The position numbers and the translations under genes were made by a program. Of a DNA stretch of 64,000 nucleotides, positions 12,537 to 22,199 are shown in pieces. The stretch is from Candidatus Dadabacteria bacterium (GTDB lineage: Bacteria > Desulfobacterota_D > UBA1144 > Nemesobacterales > CSP1-2). The stretch covers positions 192,001-256,000 of the forward strand of contig CAWDVW010000002.1 of NCBI GenBank assembly GCA_963805855.1, in the 5' to 3' direction. The notes under the pieces were generated by a model that did not search any database, was not told where the DNA came from, and saw only the letters and a list, made by a program, of their open reading frames with translations. Numbering within the stretch: position 1 is the first letter of the stretch; every line of letters begins with the position of its first letter.

Positions 12537-13814
12537 ATGAAAGTCAGATCAATAAGGGGCTTTAATGACATTCTGCCCGAGACGATAAAGAGATGGCAAG
12601 TCATCGAGGAAGAAGCCAGAAAGACATTTGAACTATATGGATTTTCTGAAATAAGGACCCCAGTAGTTGAGTTTACGGAAATCTTTGCGAGGAGTATTGG
12701 AACAACTACTGACATAGTAGAAAAGGAGATGTATACATTTACCGATAGAGATGGTTCATCTATCACGCTGCGCCCGGAAGGCACTGCCGGCGTCGTTAGA
12801 TCGTTTATAGAAAATTCCATATATGCCCGGGCAACAATTACAAAGTTATACTACATGGGCATGATGTTCAGACACGAAAGGCCTCAGAAGGGGCGGTACA
12901 GGGGATTTTACCAGATCGGTGCGGAGCTATTCGGCACAAATGACCCGTATGCAGATGCTGAAATTATTGACATGCTATGGGAGTTCCTGAAATTAGTTGG
13001 AATAACCGGCCTGCTCAGGCTTGAGATAAGCTCTCTTGGGGATGGAAATTGTCGTCCTCAATACAAACGAAAACTTAATGATTACTTTAAACCAAGGAGA
13101 AATGAGCTTTGTGATAACTGTCAGAGGAGACTCGAGGTCAATCCACTTAGAATCCTCGATTGTAAGGAAAATAAATGTAGGGAAATTTCAAAGGATGCCC
13201 CAACCATGCTTGAAAGTCTCTGTGACAAGTGTGAGGAGCATTTGGAAAAAGTTAGAGAATCACTGGGCAATTTGGGTATTAAGTATATTTTAAATCCAAG
13301 TATTGTTCGGGGTCTTGATTACTACACCCGAACTGTCTTTGAAATCACCACAGAGAAACTGGGGGCGCAAAATGCTGTGGCAGCCGGTGGCAGATATGAC
13401 GGCTTGGTCGAAGAACTGGGTGGACCCTCAACGCCAGCCGTTGGGTTTTCGATAGGAATGGAAAGACTTGTATTGCTCCACGAGATGGTGGCTCCAGACG
13501 CCTTCCAGAAGGAATTGGAAGTTTTCATTGCTTTTCTTGGCGAGAAAGCAAAAAAAACGTCATTTAAACTAGCGTATGACCTCAGGATGCGAGGCCTATC
13601 CGTAGAAATGGACTATGAAAACAAGAGCCTGAAAAGCCAGCTCAGGAGGGCCGATAAGCTTGGTTCTAAATTCGCAGTGATTGTAGGAGAAGAAGAGCTA
13701 GGCAGGGGCAAAGTGAAGCTACGAAATATGAAAGAGAGCACTGAGGAAGAATTTGACATAGAAGATTTAAATAAGCTTGCCAGCAAGATTAAGATAGAAT
13801 CGAGTCATCAATAA
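12537..13814 (+). CDS. hisS: Histidine--tRNA ligase
   Basis: 'RGFNDILP', 'LRPEGTA', 'RHERPQKGRYR', 'RGLDYYTRTVFE' and 'AGGRYDGL'. Start moved to ATG 12537. Confidence 0.97.
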   Translation: MKVRSIRGFNDILPETIKRWQVIEEEARKTFELYGFSEIRTPVVEFTEIFARSIGTTTDIVEKEMYTFTDRDGSSITLRPEGTAGVVRSFIENSIYARATITKLYYMGMMFRHERPQKGRYRGFYQIGAELFGTNDPYADAEIIDMLWEFLKLVGITGLLRLEISSLGDGNCRPQYKRKLNDYFKPRRNELCDNCQRRLEVNPLRILDCKENKCREISKDAPTMLESLCDKCEEHLEKVRESLGNLGIKYILNPSIVRGLDYYTRTVFEITTEKLGAQNAVAAGGRYDGLVEELGGPSTPAVGFSIGMERLVLLHEMVAPDAFQKELEVFIAFLGEKAKKTSFKLAYDLRMRGLSVEMDYENKSLKSQLRRADKLGSKFAVIVGEEELGRGKVKLRNMKESTEEEFDIEDLNKLASKIKIESSHQ

Positions 13815-14293
13815 ACGCTTTCCGGCGATAAAACCCAAGCGACCATCCATCCATTCCCTGGACTAGGAAATTTTATTGAGTCATCACGATTCAAGCAAAC
13901 GATAGTACCGGGCTGAAAACCTACTATTGAACGCTCTGAATCAGCTATGAGCAAAAGACTCAACAGCCTCGAAAGAAATGGTAAATGTCCTACAAGCATC
14001 AGTGATTTCTCTTCTGCGCAAAGTAAGTCTGCCACTGGATTGACATCGTCATTCGGAGCAAGCCCTTTAATCGCCTTAACTCTATCAGCTATGGACAACC
14101 CTTTTGCTATTATCTCGGCGGTTTCTCTCGCCCTTAATTTTTCACTACAGTTTATCTCTTCTGGCCAAGTCCCCAGTCTACTTAAACAGTCAGTTACTCT
14201 TTTTACACCCCGTTTACCCTCCGCCGATAATGGCCTTAAGGCGTCCTCTGATTCGCTTTGCGCTTCACCATGCCTTACTAGATAAAAGTACAT
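13808..14293 (-). CDS. sixA: Phosphohistidine phosphatase SixA
   Basis: 'YLVRHGEA', 'RARETAEI' and 'LVGHLP' histidine-phosphatase motifs. Confidence 0.88.
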   Translation of the reverse strand: MYFYLVRHGEAQSESEDALRPLSAEGKRGVKRVTDCLSRLGTWPEEINCSEKLRARETAEIIAKGLSIADRVKAIKGLAPNDDVNPVADLLCAEEKSLMLVGHLPFLSRLLSLLLIADSERSIVGFQPGTIVCLNRDDSIKFPSPGNGWMVAWVLSPESVY

Positions 14294-14315
14294 GGAACTA
14301 TTTAAGAAGATAAAA

Positions 14316-14843
14316 TCACTTTACTCTCTTAATTACGCCGCATGCTATCCGCGCTCCAGCATCGCCTGCGGGATCGGTCGTTTGGTCATCCTTTCCGGCA
14401 TGCATCACAAGCGCAGTCCCTCCCGGTTGAAATAGAGAGTTCTTGCCCTTCTCAAGGGTTGCCAATGGGGCTAAAACAACCGCTGAGGCAGTACCATCAG
14501 GTCCTACTAGAAGATTGGGCATGTCTCCCACGTGCGATCCTTCAGGGTTTTTTAAGCCATGCTTTCTTCCGAAGGGATTGAAGTGTCCCCCAGCAGATTT
14601 GAAATCAGGTGTTTCACACTTACCAACAGCATGAATATGAAATCCATGAAGTCCCTGAGCTATATCATGCACTTGGACAGCTATTTCAACACCGTCGGGC
14701 CCCTCTACAAAGGTTGCATACCCCACGGTTTTCCCTTGATTATTTATTAGCTCGGAAGCAGCCATTTTCGAGTCTGCCCGAGAATAATAACCATTGAAAA
14801 TCAGCAAGAATATTATTGTAACAATAAAAGCTGGACCTCTCAT
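14316..14843 (-). CDS. sodC: Cu/Zn superoxide dismutase, exported
   Basis: Signal peptide, then 'HGFHIH', 'GGHFNP', 'HVGDMPNL' and 'GDAGARIACGVI'. Start at ATG 14843 behind a GGAGG SD. Confidence 0.92.
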   Translation of the reverse strand: MRGPAFIVTIIFLLIFNGYYSRADSKMAASELINNQGKTVGYATFVEGPDGVEIAVQVHDIAQGLHGFHIHAVGKCETPDFKSAGGHFNPFGRKHGLKNPEGSHVGDMPNLLVGPDGTASAVVLAPLATLEKGKNSLFQPGGTALVMHAGKDDQTTDPAGDAGARIACGVIKRVK

Positions 14844-14862
14844 AGAGCACCTCCTCGCATTC

Positions 14863-15300
14863 TCAATTTGATTCAACTTTTTTAAAACACGTAGCGCAAA
14901 ATTTTGCTCCAGCATATAACTCAGCACCACACTCGCATTTTCCGATGACCATCGGCTTCGCGAGCGATTTTAAGTTGCCGAGTTCCTTCTGAGCACTTAG
15001 ATGAACCATTCTCAACTCCTCCTCCCTTCCTTCAATTTCATCCTCGATACTCGAAATATCCATGCATTTCAATCTTATGCTTTCCTCGTTAAATTTATTG
15101 TTGTGCTTGAACATCCTGTATACGGCATTACCAACATCTTCTATGTTTCTTCTCCTCTTCTTCGTAAGTTTCTGTATTTGATTCTTAATCTTCAACGTTT
15201 CATAGGCTTCTTTAGACCTAATATTTACGATTCGCAGTCCTTTGTTCAACCCATATCTCAATTTGGTAATAAGATCAGAATCTTCATTTATTTCAGCCAT
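14863..15300 (-). CDS. Coiled-coil protein with C-terminal zinc ribbon
   Basis: C-terminal 'CECG...AKFCATC' after a helical coiled-coil region. Confidence 0.7.
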   Translation of the reverse strand: MAEINEDSDLITKLRYGLNKGLRIVNIRSKEAYETLKIKNQIQKLTKKRRRNIEDVGNAVYRMFKHNNKFNEESIRLKCMDISSIEDEIEGREEELRMVHLSAQKELGNLKSLAKPMVIGKCECGAELYAGAKFCATCFKKVESN

Positions 15301-15556
15301 AAATGTCTCCTTACAATTTATCGAATTTTGGATGGCTATTGAGTTTGCTCAGAAAGGATAATATATTACCACAGCCTTACCATTTATAAAAAAATTGATA
15401 CCTAACAAGATACATAATCAAGCATAAACATTAGGACATATTTCCAGGTATTATTAACTCCCTTGAGCGTAATACTCAAGAACATTTCATTTATTTGAGA
15501 TGTGAGATATTACTTCCATTTTGAAAGCAATTTAGCAGAAATTACAGAGAGTTATA

Positions 15557-16816
15557 GTGTTAAGAAAGAAAATTTTCTATGGTTGGTACATCGTTGGAGC
15601 ATCCGTGATTTTGATCATCATGGATGGTCTTCTTCTTTATTCCTTTGGTGTGTTCCTTCCTTATCTAAATGAAGAGTTCAATTTTTCCAGAGCAATGGGT
15701 TCCTCGATATTTTCAGTACGATCCTTTGTCCTCGCCTTCTCTTTGATCCTGGCTGGAAAACTTGTGGATAAATATGATCCTCGAAAGGTAGTCCTTGCCG
15801 GAGGCGCAATCGCTGCTCTTGGAGTATTGCTCTCAGGATTCGCAACGAAGGGCTGGCAGCTCTATTTGACGTACGGTCTGCTGATAGGACTCGGAGACGG
15901 GGTTCTATATATTACGTGTGTTGCCGTGGTAAGCAGATGGTTTGTAAAGAAAAGAGCACTCGCGATTGGATTAATAACGACCGGGATCCCGCTTAGTGGA
16001 CTTATAACGAACCCTCTCACCGCATGGCTGATCTCAAGCTTCGGAGTGAGGTATGCATTCTTCTCGCTAGCCGGGATCATCATGATCTCCGTCCTTTCGG
16101 CATTGGTGTTAAGGGGTTATCCAGAAGATAAGAACCTCAGGCCTTACGGTGAAGAGAATGGAGATAGGTCAGAATCTCAACCAGTTCATACTAAAACAAA
16201 AAATGATAACGACTGGAAGGCCCTCGAGGCGATTGGTACACCCACATTCTGGTATATGTATGCCATGTATTTTCTCGGTTTTACTACATTTCTAATTGTA
16301 GTCATACATCTATTTAACTTTGCTATTGATTTAGGAATTTCGCCTCTCGTAGCTTCCGGGGCTCCCGCAGCTATTGGGGTTGGAAGTTTGGTTGGCAGAA
16401 TCATCCTTTCAGCCTTACTGACTGAAGTAATACAAACCACGAAGGTCCTATTCATCTGCTTCCTCTTCCAGGGAAGCTCTATTTTACTCATACTTGCATC
16501 TGGAGAAATCTGGTCGTTCTACTTATTCGGTCTACTGTTTGGATTTTTCTACAGCGGCACCGTCCCTATCTTCCCCACACTACTGGGAAGCTTCTTCGGG
16601 CTGAGCGCTCTAGGAACCATCTACGGATTCTTTGGCACCTCCTATTCGGTGGCTGCAATAGGAGGACCTTTAATCGCAGGATACATACACGATATCACCG
16701 GCAGCTATCTTTATCCGTTTGTCCTCGCTATAGTCTTTTGCTATATTGCAGCCTCATTGAGTTTCTTCATAAAGAAGCCCGAAAAGCTTAAGAGAGATGT
16801 AACTGCGGCCGCTTAA
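15557..16816 (+). CDS. MFS transporter (OFA/MCT-like)
   Basis: About 12 hydrophobic segments, 'FYGWYIV', motif A-like 'GKLVDKYDPRKV' and 'WFVKKRALAIG'. Confidence 0.9.
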   Translation: MLRKKIFYGWYIVGASVILIIMDGLLLYSFGVFLPYLNEEFNFSRAMGSSIFSVRSFVLAFSLILAGKLVDKYDPRKVVLAGGAIAALGVLLSGFATKGWQLYLTYGLLIGLGDGVLYITCVAVVSRWFVKKRALAIGLITTGIPLSGLITNPLTAWLISSFGVRYAFFSLAGIIMISVLSALVLRGYPEDKNLRPYGEENGDRSESQPVHTKTKNDNDWKALEAIGTPTFWYMYAMYFLGFTTFLIVVIHLFNFAIDLGISPLVASGAPAAIGVGSLVGRIILSALLTEVIQTTKVLFICFLFQGSSILLILASGEIWSFYLFGLLFGFFYSGTVPIFPTLLGSFFGLSALGTIYGFFGTSYSVAAIGGPLIAGYIHDITGSYLYPFVLAIVFCYIAASLSFFIKKPEKLKRDVTAAA

Positions 16817-16886
16817 TAATAGTAAAACTTCCACAATAGGTTCTGAGTAAGTCAGTGACGTTTAAAGTAAAATTATTCTGTAAAAC

Positions 16887-18371
16887 ATGAACGAAACTGC
16901 AATTACAGAAATTTGCGAAGCCTCCGATAGATTACTCAAGGAATTGAACCTTGAAAAATATAATAACCTTTCGGGATTGAAGTCGGACAGCAATCAAGAG
17001 GGGATATTCAGAAATTATCCCGATTTCAAAGACCCCGGGCCTTTTTTATCAATCAAGGCGATTCAGCCACACGATGGAACCGAAGAGATAGGATTGAGAC
17101 TGATCCTTTCCTTCTTGGCGACGACCTTTCTCGAGGGCAGGTCGGCAAAATTAATGGATCAAATACTCAATGCGGAATCCGGGGCATCAATCAATTATGG
17201 CAAGAGATCCATCCACTATAGGTCCGTTGTGGACGACATAAAAAACGAGCCCAAAAAATCGGTGAGAGAAGAACTGGACAGGAAAAGACTGGAGGTCGTC
17301 TCAACTGTCAATCCGCTGTACCTCAAATTATTCGAAGCCTTTAATAGAGATTCAGAGGAGCTAGGATTTTCAACATACATGAAACTGTGCGATGACACAG
17401 AATGTCTAGGGCTGAGCAGACTAATGGAAAAGGCAAGGGTTTTCCTGAATGATACAGACTACATTTATAGGGATCTGCTCAAGTGGTTTCTCCTAAAGCG
17501 TATGGAACTGAAATTAGAAGACTTAACCTCGAACGATCTTCGTTACCTATTCAGCTCATTTGAATTACGAGGAAACTTCGCTCAATCTCCATTGTTATTG
17601 ATCGCAAAAAGGTTATTTTCAGAAATGGGCATCGATATTATAAATAACTTAAAAATAGATTCGGAGAAGAGGCGTGGGAAGATCTCAGGGTCGTTTTGCA
17701 TACCCTTAGAAGTCCCAAATAAGATTCTGTGCTCAATAAAACCGTTTGGAGGGGTTGAGAATTACGAATCCTTTTTTCAAGCACTCGGAAAAGGAATGTG
17801 TTACGCTCACACCGAACCAGGAGGATCATTCGAATTCAGGATGCTTAGAGATCCGACATATTTAGAGATTTTTTCTCATTTGTTTAAGAATCTGATATAT
17901 CAACCCAAGTGGATAAAAAGATACCTGAGACACGATCCAGGGAGCGACTTTTTGGAATTCTTGTACCTAAGACAGCTAAATATCTTGAGATATTACTGTG
18001 GGAAGCTAATTTATGAGTCTTTAATTCACGAGAACAGTGAATACAAAGATAGAACAGAACATTACGCACAGACTTTAAGGGAAGCTACATTAGCTGACCA
18101 CGATAAAGCAGATTACTTGATTGACGTAGAACCATTCTTCTATTCGGCTGTCTATGTTAATGCGAGCTTCATAGAGGTTAGCTTCAGATCGTTCTTAAGA
18201 GAAGCCTTTGACGAGGAGTGGTGGAGAAAAAAGGAGGCTGGACATTTTCTACTTAATTTGTGGAAACATGGTGGTAGAATGACATCAAAAGATATCGCCG
18301 AGAAATGTGGAATAAAAGAAATAGATTCGACCCCACTCGTAATCAATTTCCAAGACATTTTCAGGTTGTAA
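16887..18371 (+). CDS. M3/oligoendopeptidase-like protein with a degenerate zinc motif
   Basis: Region 'DSEKRRGKISGSFCIP...GGVENYESFFQALGKGMCYAH...FEFRML' resembles M3-like peptidases, but the expected HExGH reads QALGK. Confidence 0.55.
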   Translation: MNETAITEICEASDRLLKELNLEKYNNLSGLKSDSNQEGIFRNYPDFKDPGPFLSIKAIQPHDGTEEIGLRLILSFLATTFLEGRSAKLMDQILNAESGASINYGKRSIHYRSVVDDIKNEPKKSVREELDRKRLEVVSTVNPLYLKLFEAFNRDSEELGFSTYMKLCDDTECLGLSRLMEKARVFLNDTDYIYRDLLKWFLLKRMELKLEDLTSNDLRYLFSSFELRGNFAQSPLLLIAKRLFSEMGIDIINNLKIDSEKRRGKISGSFCIPLEVPNKILCSIKPFGGVENYESFFQALGKGMCYAHTEPGGSFEFRMLRDPTYLEIFSHLFKNLIYQPKWIKRYLRHDPGSDFLEFLYLRQLNILRYYCGKLIYESLIHENSEYKDRTEHYAQTLREATLADHDKADYLIDVEPFFYSAVYVNASFIEVSFRSFLREAFDEEWWRKKEAGHFLLNLWKHGGRMTSKDIAEKCGIKEIDSTPLVINFQDIFRL

Positions 18372-18385
18372 TTTAGGAGTCCTGG

Positions 18386-19216
18386 ATGAGCACTGGCATC
18401 TTCTATAGCCACATATTTAAGACAAGCCCGGGCCCCGTTGTCGGGCCGAAATTCGTCAATTTCCCCGAATTGCTCAATGGAGTTCTACGATTACCGAACG
18501 TAAGACTATTTGAGCATAAACCTGTGACAGAGGATTTGCTTCTAAAATTTCACTCTAAGGAAATGATCGAGAATCTCAGGAAAAGATCGTATGGTAAAAA
18601 TGCTTTCCTCTCGGTGGGAGCGTGTATAGAGGCTACGAAAATGATTGTGAGCGGAGAATTGAAGAACGGTCTGTTATTCAACAGTGCGTCTGGACACCAC
18701 GCCGGACGAATCTCGGCATGGGGAGGGACTTACATAAACTGCGTTGCGCCAGCCGTGTATATAGCAAGACAGACGATTGGTATTGAGAGATTTGCGCTGC
18801 TTGATACCGACTGTCATCATGGAGACGGTGATAGGGATATGTTTGAAAACGATAATTCTTTTCTTCATATCTGTTTCTGCGACTCGGATTTCGAGAGTGA
18901 AACAAATAAATGTGTTGGTGTGGGTTGGAGTTCCAGTGACGAAAATTATCTTGGTCTGGTAAAAAGTGAGTTTATCCCTCGGGTGAGAAGCTTCAAGCCT
19001 GAGATGATATTCCATTTTCTCGGCCATGACACTTGCCAGGGTGATTATGGAGACATAGGTTTAACTCCGGAATTCTTCATCGACTTGGTGAAAATGGTAA
19101 AAGAGTCTGCCGAAGAGATCTGCGAGGGTAGATATTTAATAATTACCGGTGGAGGCTCACGAAGAGATGTCGCGGAATTCATATTCCCCAAGATTGCTGA
19201 AATTCTAGCAAGCTAA
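18386..19216 (+). CDS. Histone deacetylase-family amidohydrolase
   Basis: 'GHHAG', 'LDTDCHHGDG', 'GHD' and 'TGGG' motifs. Confidence 0.85.
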   Translation: MSTGIFYSHIFKTSPGPVVGPKFVNFPELLNGVLRLPNVRLFEHKPVTEDLLLKFHSKEMIENLRKRSYGKNAFLSVGACIEATKMIVSGELKNGLLFNSASGHHAGRISAWGGTYINCVAPAVYIARQTIGIERFALLDTDCHHGDGDRDMFENDNSFLHICFCDSDFESETNKCVGVGWSSSDENYLGLVKSEFIPRVRSFKPEMIFHFLGHDTCQGDYGDIGLTPEFFIDLVKMVKESAEEICEGRYLIITGGGSRRDVAEFIFPKIAEILAS

Positions 19217-19220
19217 GAGA

Positions 19221-19337
19221 AAGATGCACGATGCATGATTCAGGATACATGATAAAAGGACAATGAACACAAATTCTTATATCGTGCATCATGCATCTTG
19301 CATCCTGCATCATGGATCGTGTATCGTGCATCGTGCG
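19221..19337. repeat. Inverted arrays of a degenerate heptamer (GATGCAN / NTGCATC)
   Basis: gatgcac gatgcat gattcag gatacat ... atcgtgc atcatgc atcttgc atcctgc atcatgg atcgtgt atcgtgc. The same family occurs at about 1568-1626, 33421-33460, 36293-36336, 37272-37385 and 56153-56190. Confidence 0.85.
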
Positions 19338-20336
19338 TCATGGTTTCAAAATCACCTTTCCAAACTGACCCCTGTCCTCCAAGAGCTTTTGTGCGGAAGC
19401 CGCCTCTTTTAGAGGAAAGGTTTTATCTATCACGGGGCGAATAGTTTTCTGAGAAACCAGATTAACAACATTGATCAAGTTGTTTCTTGACGCATTAAAA
19501 ACCGTTACTCCCAGGATAGCAAGGTCTTTCATAATTATTGGCCCGAAGTTAATTGTAGATGAACCCCCACCGACAACCCCCACCAGCAGAATCCTGCCAT
19601 TGGAAGAAAGCGTCTGTATATTTTTTTCCCATACCGATGCTCCGATCTGGTCAAATATAACATCAACCCCCTTATTATTCGTTATTTTTTTAACTTCTTC
19701 GGAAAAATCAGATTTATTGTAGTTTATAGTTTCATCTGCCCCAAGCTCCTTTGCCTTTTCAAGTTTTTCATCTGTGCCCGCTGTAGCAATTACCAACGCA
19801 CCCGTGAGGTGAGCAACCTGTACTGCGGCGCTTCCGGTACCGCTCCCAGCCGCATGCACAAGTACAGTTTCACCACGTTTCAGCCCACCCCTCTCGAATA
19901 GACCATACCAGGCAGTGACGTAGCAAATGGGGAGGGTTGAAGCATCCTCGTATGAAAGATCATCGGGAATTGGGACAACATTTGCTGCCGGGACTTTTAC
20001 ATACTCTGCGAATCCTCCATAAAGATTTACGCCTATTACCTTAGGCGGTCCTCCTCCCGACTTAACAGTTGGATCTATGACAACTCGCGCCCCTAAATTT
20101 AAGTCCTTAACATTCTTACCGACCTCCGCCACATCTCCGGCTATATCCACACCACCAATATGGGGTAGATCAACTGGCCTCGGGGATTTACCGGACCGCA
20201 AGCGTAAATCCAACTGGTTTAAAGACGCCGCCTTCACACTAACAAGAACTTCATCATCTCCAATTTCAGGATCGGGCACATCTTCGTATTTCAGTACTTC
20301 AACACCGCCAAACTCATGATATATTATAGCCTTCAT
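19338..20336 (-). CDS. MDR-superfamily NADPH:quinone oxidoreductase / zinc-binding dehydrogenase
   Basis: 'MKAIIYHEFGGVEVL', 'HAAGSGTGSAAVQ' and 'GKVIL'. Confidence 0.9.
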   Translation of the reverse strand: MKAIIYHEFGGVEVLKYEDVPDPEIGDDEVLVSVKAASLNQLDLRLRSGKSPRPVDLPHIGGVDIAGDVAEVGKNVKDLNLGARVVIDPTVKSGGGPPKVIGVNLYGGFAEYVKVPAANVVPIPDDLSYEDASTLPICYVTAWYGLFERGGLKRGETVLVHAAGSGTGSAAVQVAHLTGALVIATAGTDEKLEKAKELGADETINYNKSDFSEEVKKITNNKGVDVIFDQIGASVWEKNIQTLSSNGRILLVGVVGGGSSTINFGPIIMKDLAILGVTVFNASRNNLINVVNLVSQKTIRPVIDKTFPLKEAASAQKLLEDRGQFGKVILKP

Positions 20337-20504
20337 ACAAAGCCTCCCTTTTTGATATTTGGCATTTTTTATTTCAAAACTATTTAATGGCTAAGATTAT
20401 ATATGAACCACAATAATATATCTGATTTTTTTAGATCACTTAATTTTTTATAAAACAACGCTAAGAGAATAGGATCAATATCCTCAACTAAACGCCTCAA
20501 CAGA

Positions 20505-20605
20505 AGATCTCTTCACCCTTGACGGGGAAGACTAAGATGGGGTGTATTAATGGTACTGTAAACGTCCATGTTTAAATGCGGGGTTGGAAAACCCCGCCTA
20601 TCTAA
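20505..20605. repeat. REP-like palindromes
   Basis: GCGGGGTTGGAAAACCCCGCCTATC hairpin and a degenerate CCCTTGACGGGG element. Confidence 0.5.
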
Positions 20606-20743
20606 CTCGAATGACAGAATAAAACGAAGAAGAAATTCCTCTAAGTTCAAAATCGGAATCATTGAACAAAACAGACTAATGTGCTAATTTTTTGATTGGA
20701 AAATAATCAATAGCTAAAAATAACGGATTGACATAAAAGCCCA

Positions 20744-21013
20744 ATGTTCGGTATAGGAACAGGTGAGATTCTCGTAATACTTGTAATTGCCCTTCTTGTT
20801 CTTGGTCCAAAAGAATTACCAAAGGTTGCCAGAACTATCGGAAGGGCCATGAGAGAACTTCAGAGGACTAAAGATGAAATAAGACAGTCAATCGACACGG
20901 AGTTTGAAGACCATGGTGAGGACAGCAAACCAACGGAGCAAAAGCCAGAAGAAAATGTAGAACAGAATATAGAAGAGAATAAAGATGTGAAACAGCAGGA
21001 TACTCAAGTTTGA
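20744..21013 (+). CDS. tatB: Sec-independent translocase subunit TatB/TatA
   Basis: 'MFGIGTGEILVILVIALLVLGPKELPKVARTIGRAMRE'. Confidence 0.85.
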   Translation: MFGIGTGEILVILVIALLVLGPKELPKVARTIGRAMRELQRTKDEIRQSIDTEFEDHGEDSKPTEQKPEENVEQNIEENKDVKQQDTQV

Positions 21014-21117
21014 AGGCGACGACTTTGAGAATGAGCTATACTCGTTGATATTGCGGGCTTTAATGATTGACATCTATAAGTCAAAATCAACCTAAACCAA
21101 ATCGCAACCAGATTTAA

Positions 21118-21720
21118 ATGACCAAACTACAAAGAGAAGTCCCATTATACGAATTACACACAACACCTACATTATATCCGTTGTCACTCCCGAACGGGCA
21201 GGAAAAAGCGATTGAGATTACTCCGGGAATGGCATTTGGGACGGGAAATCACACTACAACCGTTCTTTGCATAAAATTGCTGGACCATTTACTGAAAGAT
21301 GCAAAGATTGAAAATGTCTTGGACGTGGGATGTGGAAGCGGAATTCTCGCGATCTGCGCGGTTGCACTCGGAGCAAAGACTGCTCAGGGCTTCGATATAA
21401 AGATATCGATTGTGAATGAAGCCAGAGAGAACGTCGCCAGAAACGGACTTTCATCAAAAATAGAGGTTCACCTGGGAACTATCGAGGCGGTTGATGATAA
21501 GTTTGATCTTATCACGGCTAACATATTAATCGATTTGATAGACTTGATCAGCAACGAGCTTGCATCCAGAATGAAACCGAATGGACATCTCATCGTCTCC
21601 GGTTTTAGGAATGAACATAGGGGTGACGTAACAAAGAAGTTTATTGACTTGGGTTTAATACTGAAATACCAGCTACATGAGGGCGAGTGGAGCGCGCTAT
21701 TATTTAATAAATCAAAATAA
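21118..21720 (+). CDS. prmA: Ribosomal protein L11 methyltransferase-like (catalytic domain only)
   Basis: 'ITPGMAFGTGNHTTT', 'VLDVGCGSGILA' and 'DLITANI'. Shorter than usual, without the N-terminal domain. Confidence 0.8.
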   Translation: MTKLQREVPLYELHTTPTLYPLSLPNGQEKAIEITPGMAFGTGNHTTTVLCIKLLDHLLKDAKIENVLDVGCGSGILAICAVALGAKTAQGFDIKISIVNEARENVARNGLSSKIEVHLGTIEAVDDKFDLITANILIDLIDLISNELASRMKPNGHLIVSGFRNEHRGDVTKKFIDLGLILKYQLHEGEWSALLFNKSK

Positions 21721-22199
21721 TTGTTTATGGGTACCAATTGTCCATGTTGGATATTTCGCGGGAAAGATCTCTTACAATTTCATGGATACATGTCTTTGAT
21801 TAGTTCTTGTCTTGGAATCAAGAACGAACTTGAACGGCCTCCCAAAAATTCGTTAAGACTAATTTCATAGGAACGTCACGACTAAAAAATTTCAATCTCA
21901 GTTTCCGCTAGACCCGAAATTAATTTTTATGACGGGTCGTGGTTGGATTACATTTTTTAGTGCTTATGTCATCCGCAACTTTTGTCGGGGATGCCAAGCT
22001 CAAAGTTGGATTCCCGTTTACAATTCCAAGACAAAGGAGAAGAAAACAAATATATCAAGAAATTCTTCCAAAGATCTCGTCCCCAAAAGGGCTGGGTTTT
22101 TCAGCAATGACACATACTACCCTCATCTTCTTACTCAAAATTTGCCAATACAGATATACTCGGATACAATTTTTGCGTACACTCAAGTAAGGAAATCCA

